From NCBI GenBank assembly GCA_964349865.1, contig CAYGIF010000001.1, forward strand, positions 1 through 63,541: DNA of 63,541 bases, written 5' to 3'. This stretch comes from an uncultured Gallionella sp. Lineage in GTDB: Bacteria; Pseudomonadota; Gammaproteobacteria; Burkholderiales; Gallionellaceae. The notes beneath the pieces were generated by a model that was not told where the DNA came from, made no database searches, and worked only from the letters and a program-made list of their open reading frames with translations. This document shows positions 57,609-63,541 of this stretch, piece after piece. The translations under genes were made by a program, and so were the position numbers. Numbering within the stretch: position 1 is the stretch's first letter; each line of letters starts with the position of its first letter.

Positions 57609-58700
57609 ATGATGCAAACACTGACAGTTGGATTGGGGGAGCGCAGTTATCCGATATTTATCGGCAGCGGGTTGCTCGGCCGGGCGGAATTGCTGCAACC
57701 CGCTTTGCCGCGCAAGCGGGCAGCCGTCGTGACCAACACGACGGTCGCGCCGCTCTATCTGGAAAGACTCCGGCAAGCCTTGCAGAGTATTGATGTCAGC
57801 AGCGTACCGATCATCCTGCCGGACGGCGAGCAATATAAAAACTCCGCGACGCTCGACCTAATTTACGATGCGCTGCTAACTAACCGCTGCGAACGGACTA
57901 CGCCGCTGATCGCGCTCGGCGGCGGCGTGATCGGCGACATGACCGGCTATGCCGCCGCGACCTATCTGCGCGGCGTGCCGTTCATCCAGATACCGACCAC
58001 GCTGCTCGCGCAGGTGGATTCCTCGGTGGGCGGCAAGACCGGCATCAATCATCCGCTCGGCAAGAACATGATCGGCGCGTTCTACCAGCCGCAACTGGTG
58101 CTGGCCGATACCGATACGCTGAACACCCTGCCGGACAACGAGCTCGCAGCGGGCATCGCCGAGGTCGTCAAGTACGGCCTGATCCGCGACCTGCCATTCC
58201 TCGAATGGCTGGAGCAGAATATGGACAAGTTGCTGGCGCGCGATACGGCAGCATTGCAATATGCCATCGCGCGCAGTTGCCGGAACAAGGCCGAGATCGT
58301 CGCGGCAGACGAATGCGAAAGCGGCGAGCGCGCCCTGTTGAACCTCGGGCATACTTTCGGGCATGCGATCGAGTCGGGCATGGGCTACGGCAACTGGCTG
58401 CATGGCGAGGGCGTGGCGGCGGGCACCATCATGGCGGCGGACTTGTCGCAGCGTCTGGGTTGGATCGGCGCGCAGGACGTGGCGCGCATCCGCGGCCTGC
58501 TCGAACGCGCCGGGCTGCCCACCGTCGCCCCGGATTTGGGCGTGGAAAAATATCTCGAATTGATGGGGCTGGACAAGAAAGTGGAAGGCGGCAGGATGCG
58601 TTTCGTGCTGCTCAAGGAAATCGGACGCGCCGTGATTTACGGCGATGTGCCGGAAGGGTTGCTGCGGCAAACCCTGAATGCCTGTATCAAACATGACTGA
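57609..58700 (+). CDS. aroB: 3-dehydroquinate synthase
   Basis: [33 protein letters not shown]. Confidence 0.97.
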   Translation: MMQTLTVGLGERSYPIFIGSGLLGRAELLQPALPRKRAAVVTNTTVAPLYLERLRQALQSIDVSSVPIILPDGEQYKNSATLDLIYDALLTNRCERTTPLIALGGGVIGDMTGYAAATYLRGVPFIQIPTTLLAQVDSSVGGKTGINHPLGKNMIGAFYQPQLVLADTDTLNTLPDNELAAGIAEVVKYGLIRDLPFLEWLEQNMDKLLARDTAALQYAIARSCRNKAEIVAADECESGERALLNLGHTFGHAIESGMGYGNWLHGEGVAAGTIMAADLSQRLGWIGAQDVARIRGLLERAGLPTVAPDLGVEKYLELMGLDKKVEGGRMRFVLLKEIGRAVIYGDVPEGLLRQTLNACIKHD

Positions 58701-59850
58701 GCCGACGGTTTGTGGTTTGGCGCCCTACGCCGTCACCGAGGCCAATTCGCGCGGGCGGAGAATTGCGGAAGCCGCGCCGCACAGCCGCAGCGAATTCCAG
58801 CGCGACCGCGACCGCATCATTCATTCCGGCGCGTTCCGCCGCCTTGAATACAAGACCCAGGTGTTCGTGAACCACGAAGGCGACCTGTTCCGCACCCGCC
58901 TGACCCACAGCATCGAAGTCGCGCAGATCGCGCGCTCCATCGCGCGCCGCCTGCATCTGAACGAAGACCTCGCCGAAGCGATTTCCCTGGCGCACGACCT
59001 CGGGCATACGCCGTTCGGTCATGCCGGGCAGGACGCGCTGAATGCCTGCATGAAAACCTATGGCGGCTTCGAGCATAATTTGCAATCATTGCGCGTGGTG
59101 GATTTGCTGGAAGAGCGCTATGCCGCATTCGACGGACTAAACCTCACCTTCGAGACGCGCGAAGGCATCCTCAAGCATTGCTCCGCGGATAATGCTGCGC
59201 AGCTCGGCGAACTGGGCGAACGCTTCCTGCATAGCCGCCGCCCCTCGCTGGAAGCGCAGATCGCCAACCTTGCCGATGAAATCGCCTACAACAATCACGA
59301 TGTCGACGACGGCCTGCGTTCCGGCCTGATCTCGCTCGAACAGCTCGCCACCGTGCCGCTGGTGGCGACGCATTTGCAGGAAGTGCGCCGCGCCTATCCC
59401 GCCTTGCCGGAGCGGCGCGTGGTTCATGAAACCGTGCGGCGCATGATCAACACGCTGGTGTCCGACCTGATCCGACAGAGCGAGCGCAATATCGCTGCGC
59501 AGGATCTGGCTGCGATAGAAGAGGTGCGCAGCGCGGCGGCGATGATCGCCTTCAGCCCGGAGATGAACGAGCGGCAGCGTGCGCTGAAAAGTTTTTTGCA
59601 TACGCATTTGTACCGCCACTACCGCGTGATGCGCATGGGCGTCAAGGCGCAGCGTATCATCAGCGACTTGTTCGGTGTCTTCATGGCTGATAGCCGCCTG
59701 CTGCCGCCGCAATTCCAGCCGCCGACCGGGCAGGCGGAACCGGACCGCGCGCGCGCGGTAGCCGACTATATTGCCGGCATGACCGACCGTTATGCGATCC
59801 GCGAACATCGCCGCATTTTCGCGGTGGAAGAAATGCCGGTCAGCTTCTAG
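58693..59850 (+). CDS. dgt: dGTP triphosphohydrolase (HD domain)
   Basis: [36 protein letters not shown]. Confidence 0.93.
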   Translation: MTEPTVCGLAPYAVTEANSRGRRIAEAAPHSRSEFQRDRDRIIHSGAFRRLEYKTQVFVNHEGDLFRTRLTHSIEVAQIARSIARRLHLNEDLAEAISLAHDLGHTPFGHAGQDALNACMKTYGGFEHNLQSLRVVDLLEERYAAFDGLNLTFETREGILKHCSADNAAQLGELGERFLHSRRPSLEAQIANLADEIAYNNHDVDDGLRSGLISLEQLATVPLVATHLQEVRRAYPALPERRVVHETVRRMINTLVSDLIRQSERNIAAQDLAAIEEVRSAAAMIAFSPEMNERQRALKSFLHTHLYRHYRVMRMGVKAQRIISDLFGVFMADSRLLPPQFQPPTGQAEPDRARAVADYIAGMTDRYAIREHRRIFAVEEMPVSF

Positions 59851-59966
59851 CGCCCCGCGCCGTTCGGTGCGGGGCGCTTCGGCGGGGAGTATTTGTTCCT
59901 GATATATGTTGCAGAAAAAAGTGGCCTAGCCCATATCACTGCATCATTTCACTTAGATGAGGATGT

Positions 59967-60562
59967 ATGAAATTGAAAAAGGTTTTGAACGTGGGGGCAA
60001 TAATAAGGCAATTCCGCTACCCCCTCAGTACGCCGACTTTGAGCATTTGTTGCTCGACATCGACCCGAAAGGTTCCCCGGATATAGTGTGTGATGCCCGC
60101 AAGCTCATGACTCTGGAAGGTGGTCAGTTTGACGCGGTTTATTGCTCACATAACCTTGAACACTACTACCGACATGATGTGCCAAAGGTGCTTGCCGGGT
60201 TCTTGCATGTCCTTAAGGATGGCGGGTTTGCTCAAATACTGGTACCAGACATCAGCGAAGTGATGCGAGTTACCATTGAGAGAGGTTTAGATATTGATGA
60301 CGTTCTTTACCAATCACCCGCTGGGCCGATTATGGTTCTGGATGTGCTGTACGGTCATAGCGGAATAATCGAACAGAGCGGGCAGGATTTTTACGCCCAT
60401 AAAACTGGCTTTACTCAGAAATCGCTATTGACAGCACTGCACGGATCAGGATTTTCAAAAATATATAATGGGGTTGGGAACCTCGAAATTAAAGCCTTGG
60501 CATTTAAGGGGGTGCCTGACCAAATTACAAGCTTACTTTTCAATCTACCGCAAGACAGGTAG
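59967..60562 (+). pseudogene. Class I SAM-dependent methyltransferase frameshifted in motif I
   Basis: MKLKKVLNVG is out of frame with GNNKAIPLPP...LLDIDP...FDAVYCSHNLEH; junction is the G5 run at 59993..59997. Confidence 0.65.
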
Positions 60563-60663
60563 GGCGGGCACATTTTTGCCTCGTAGAGATTCTCGCACCC
60601 GGAGGGTGTGCCCACGCGGAAACCAAGCCGCGTGGGCAGACGCAAACCCTGCCTGCCCACCCA
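60559..60663. repeat. Degenerate GTAG-type REP cluster
   Basis: GTAGGGCGGGCAC...TGCCCACGCG...CGCGTGGGCA...TGCCCACCC. Confidence 0.6.
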
Positions 60664-60685
60664 TTTTTAATTTTGTTTCATCACA

Positions 60686-60727
60686 CCACGGCGCGACCTT
60701 CAGCAGCAACAGCATCCCCGGCACGGC
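60686..60727 (-). pseudogene. Degenerate duplicate of the ampG 3' end
   Basis: 36/42 nt identical to 62313..62354; encodes AVPGMLLLLKVAPW versus AIPGMLLLFKVAPW. Confidence 0.8.
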
Positions 60728-60830
60728 GGCGGAATACTTTTCGGTCTAGATTGGTCTAGATTGGCTTGCGGCAAACTGGATGTGTGGCTATAGTGCATCA
60801 CATAAACAACCACACAAACAAGGTATATAA

Positions 60831-61067
60831 GTGACTACAGTTTCGTTACGGCTACCCGATGATTTGCTGAAGGAGGCGGAACAGCGAGCCAAGGTTTTGC
60901 ACCTGCCGCGCGCCGAATATATCCGCCGCGCCATTGCTGCGATGAATGAGGAAGTGCTTACCCAAAAGCGGCGCGAGCATTTGATGAAGGTGTCGCGGCG
61001 CATCGCTGCCGGGAGCATGAAGGTGAATGCCGAGTTCGATGCGGCTGAGGATGCGCCGCGTGCTTAA
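60831..61067 (+). CDS. RHH/CopG-type antitoxin
   Basis: TVSLRLPDDLL...RAEYIRRAI; upstream TTGCGG-17-TATAGT. Confidence 0.85.
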   Translation: MTTVSLRLPDDLLKEAEQRAKVLHLPRAEYIRRAIAAMNEEVLTQKRREHLMKVSRRIAAGSMKVNAEFDAAEDAPRA

Positions 61068-61398
61068 CGGGGAAATCTGGCTTGCCAACCTGAACCCCGG
61101 CAAGGGTCACGAACCGAGCAAAGTGCGTCCGGTGCTGATTGTGCAGGGGCAGGCTTTGCTGGATGCAAAACACCCTTCGGCCTTGATCGTTCCTTTAACC
61201 ACACAACTAATGGAGGATGCAGAACCTTTGCGCATCCGTGTTGCGGCGCAGGGTCGGCTGGAATCAGATTCTGACTTGCTGATTGACCAATTGCGCGCAA
61301 TCGATAATCGCCGTTTGATTGACGGCCCACTGTTGCGTTGCGATAGCGAATTGATGATGCGGGTCTATGCTGCGATTCGCGACATCATGGAAACATAG
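61051..61398 (+). CDS. MazF/PemK family toxin
   Basis: GEIWLANLNP..GHEPSKVRPVLIVQ, IVPLTT, DQLRAIDNRRL. Confidence 0.9.
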   Translation: MRRVLNGEIWLANLNPGKGHEPSKVRPVLIVQGQALLDAKHPSALIVPLTTQLMEDAEPLRIRVAAQGRLESDSDLLIDQLRAIDNRRLIDGPLLRCDSELMMRVYAAIRDIMET

Positions 61399-61440
61399 CG
61401 AACATAGCCCGGATTCTATTGCATTACATCCGGGTTCGCA

Positions 61441-62250
61441 TCAAATCTCCAGTGTCAGGCATTTGCATGCACCGCCGGCCTTGATGAACTCGGAAACATC
61501 CGCCTCGATGACTGCGAAGCCGCGCTGCTTCAGGGCGAGCTTCAACTCTGCCGACGCCTTATGCATGATGACGCTCCGGTCGATGGAGATGGCATTGCAG
61601 GCGAAATTCCTTGCATCCGGTTCCGAGACCCAGATGATGTTTTCACCGAAGGCATGGTCAAGGGCATCCACGCTTTTTCCGGCAAACGCCTTTTCGTAGG
61701 CGATGGCCTGGCCTTGCGGCAGCGGGCAGAATGCCGTGTCGAGGTGGTACCAGTGGGGGTCGACGAGTTCCAGCCCGCAGGCTTCGATGTTGAGCGCATC
61801 GACGATTTCATCCAGCGCCTGCGGTTCGCTCCTGATTCCCGAACCGACCCAGAGCCTTCCCCGCGAATCGAACAGTGCATCTCCTGCGCCTTCGAATATC
61901 GTTTCTTCCTTTAGGCGCCGCACCCGGTAGCCTTGAGAGGAAAAGAATTTCTCGAAGAATTTTGCTTCGGGCTGTCTTTCGGCATGACGGAACGAAGAGA
62001 TGATGAATTCTTTTCCTCCGCCTTCCTGTGGTTGGACGAGTCCCGCATTGGCGGTGAACACCATGTCCGGCAGCCCCGCAACGGGTTCGATCAGGTCGAC
62101 CGAGGCCAGTCCCGCCACGATGCCATGCAGGTTTTTCCACTGCTGCTGCGCCAGTTCCTTGTTTACTTTCCCCAGGTTGCCTTCCATCCAGGGGTTGATC
62201 ACATAGCACACCTCAAAAAACCTCGGTGCGCACATCAGGAAACGTTTCAT
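61441..62250 (-). CDS. Amidinotransferase/dimethylargininase family protein
   Basis: YVINPWM, PDMVFTANAG, FEGAGD, YHLDTAF, KAGGACKCLTL. Confidence 0.9.
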   Translation of the reverse strand: MKRFLMCAPRFFEVCYVINPWMEGNLGKVNKELAQQQWKNLHGIVAGLASVDLIEPVAGLPDMVFTANAGLVQPQEGGGKEFIISSFRHAERQPEAKFFEKFFSSQGYRVRRLKEETIFEGAGDALFDSRGRLWVGSGIRSEPQALDEIVDALNIEACGLELVDPHWYHLDTAFCPLPQGQAIAYEKAFAGKSVDALDHAFGENIIWVSEPDARNFACNAISIDRSVIMHKASAELKLALKQRGFAVIEADVSEFIKAGGACKCLTLEI

Positions 62251-62285
62251 CGATTATTCCCGTCGTTTTAACGAGTGGCGGATTT

Positions 62286-63541
62286 TCATTGGCCGCGTGG
62301 AGCGGTATCCTGCCACGGCGCGACCTTGAACAGCAGCAGCATCCCCGGTATCGCCAATAACGCGCACAGCAGGAAGAAGCCGCTCCAGGCCAGTTGTTCC
62401 ACCAGCCAGCCCGCCGTGGCGTTGACGAAGGTGCGCGGCACGGCGGCGAGGCTGGTGAACAGCGCGAACTGGGTCGCAGTGTAGGCGGGGTGTGTGGTGT
62501 GCGCGATATAGGCGACGAAGGCCGCCGTGCCCAGCCCGACGCCGAATGCTTCCAGGCCGATCACGAACGCGAGTTGCGTCAGATGCAATGCGGTGACTTC
62601 GACCTGCGCTCCCTGCATGGCCAGCCAGTAAAAACCGAAAATCGATACCACCTGCACCACGCCGAACAGCCACAGCGCGCGGTTGATGCCGAGCTTGAGC
62701 ATCCAGATGCCGCCGAGCAGCGCGCCGATCACCGCCGGCCACAGGCCGGCGTTCTTGGCGATCAGGCCGATCTGCGACTTGCTGAAACCCATGTCGAGGT
62801 AGAACGGCGTCGCCAGCGCGGTACACAGGCTGTCGCCGAGTTTGTAGAAGAACAGGAACGCGAGGATCAGCAGCGCGCCTCGCCAGCCCTGCCGCCCGAT
62901 GAATTCGCGGAACGGTTCGACCACGGCGGCGCGCAACGTCTTGGGCGCCGCCGCGCCAACGGGTTCGTTGACCAGCAGCGTCATCGCGATGCCGGGCAGC
63001 ATGAACAGCGCGGTGATGATGAATACCGTGTCCCACGGCAGATGGTCGGCGAGGATCAGCGACAGCGAGCCGGGAATCAGCCCGGCGATGCGGTAGGCGT
63101 TGACATGCACGGCGTTGCCCAGGCCGAGTTCGTTGTCCAGCAGCAATTCGCGGCGATAGGCGTCCAGCACGATGTCCTGCGTGGCGGAGAGGAAAGCGAG
63201 CAAGGTGGCGAGCAGCACGATAATGGTCAGATCGTTCTGCGGCGAAAAGCCGCCCAGTGATGCGATCACCGCCAGCAGCGCGACCTGGGTCAGCAGCATC
63301 CAGCCGCGCCGCCTGCCCAAAGCGGGCACGACGTAGCGGTCGAGCAGCGGCGACCAGAGGAATTTCCAGGTGTAGGGGAACTGGATCAGCGCGAACGCGC
63401 CGATCACCTTGAGGTCGATATGCTCGGTGCGCAGCCACGCGGGAACCAGGTTGAGCAGCAGATACAGTGGCAGGCCGGAAGCGAATCCGGTGAACACGCA
63501 GATCAGCATGCGGCGGGTGAAGAGTTGCTGCCAGACGGTCA
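62286..63541 (-). CDS. ampG: AmpG muropeptide MFS permease (start probably outside window)
   Basis: GFASGLPLYL, KFLWSPLLD, GRRRGW, SATQDIVLDAYR, YKLGD, ATQFALFTS. Confidence 0.93.
   Translation of the reverse strand, partial: TVWQQLFTRRMLICVFTGFASGLPLYLLLNLVPAWLRTEHIDLKVIGAFALIQFPYTWKFLWSPLLDRYVVPALGRRRGWMLLTQVALLAVIASLGGFSPQNDLTIIVLLATLLAFLSATQDIVLDAYRRELLLDNELGLGNAVHVNAYRIAGLIPGSLSLILADHLPWDTVFIITALFMLPGIAMTLLVNEPVGAAAPKTLRAAVVEPFREFIGRQGWRGALLILAFLFFYKLGDSLCTALATPFYLDMGFSKSQIGLIAKNAGLWPAVIGALLGGIWMLKLGINRALWLFGVVQVVSIFGFYWLAMQGAQVEVTALHLTQLAFVIGLEAFGVGLGTAAFVAYIAHTTHPAYTATQFALFTSLAAVPRTFVNATAGWLVEQLAWSGFFLLCALLAIPGMLLLFKVAPWQDTAPRGQ

Overview
A betaproteobacterial chromosomal region (Gallionellaceae-like by gene style; inference) interrupted by an apparently complete ~40.1-kb transposable (Mu-like, B3-type transposase) myovirus prophage at 7864..47919. 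The prophage is bounded by a 6-bp GCCCCC duplication and symmetric terminal GnGATAAAT sites. Host genes on the left: nodJ/nodI-like ABC pair, gloA, thiD, thiE, hemL, yihA, hemB, a DUF4160/DUF2442 toxin-antitoxin pair and a PD-(D/E)XK nuclease. Host genes on the right: pirin, mrcA, pilMNOPQ, aroK, aroB, dgt, a frameshifted methyltransferase, a MazEF-like pair, an amidinotransferase and ampG. The top candidate for a new system is a MuF protein with a C-terminal BECR-like nuclease domain. It has no immunity ORF; instead it is followed by a convergently transcribed ~76-nt tRNA-like RNA with its own near-consensus sigma70 promoter. Other signals: three identically spaced, apparently leaderless late promoters; a poly-G frameshift in a fibre-like module between portal and MuF; a signal-peptide-like leader on the major capsid protein; a -1 frameshift site in the tail chaperone; REP elements inside phage genes; and two TA islets each flanked by a displaced copy of a housekeeping gene's 3' end. 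All family calls come from motif recognition by eye; no database search was run.
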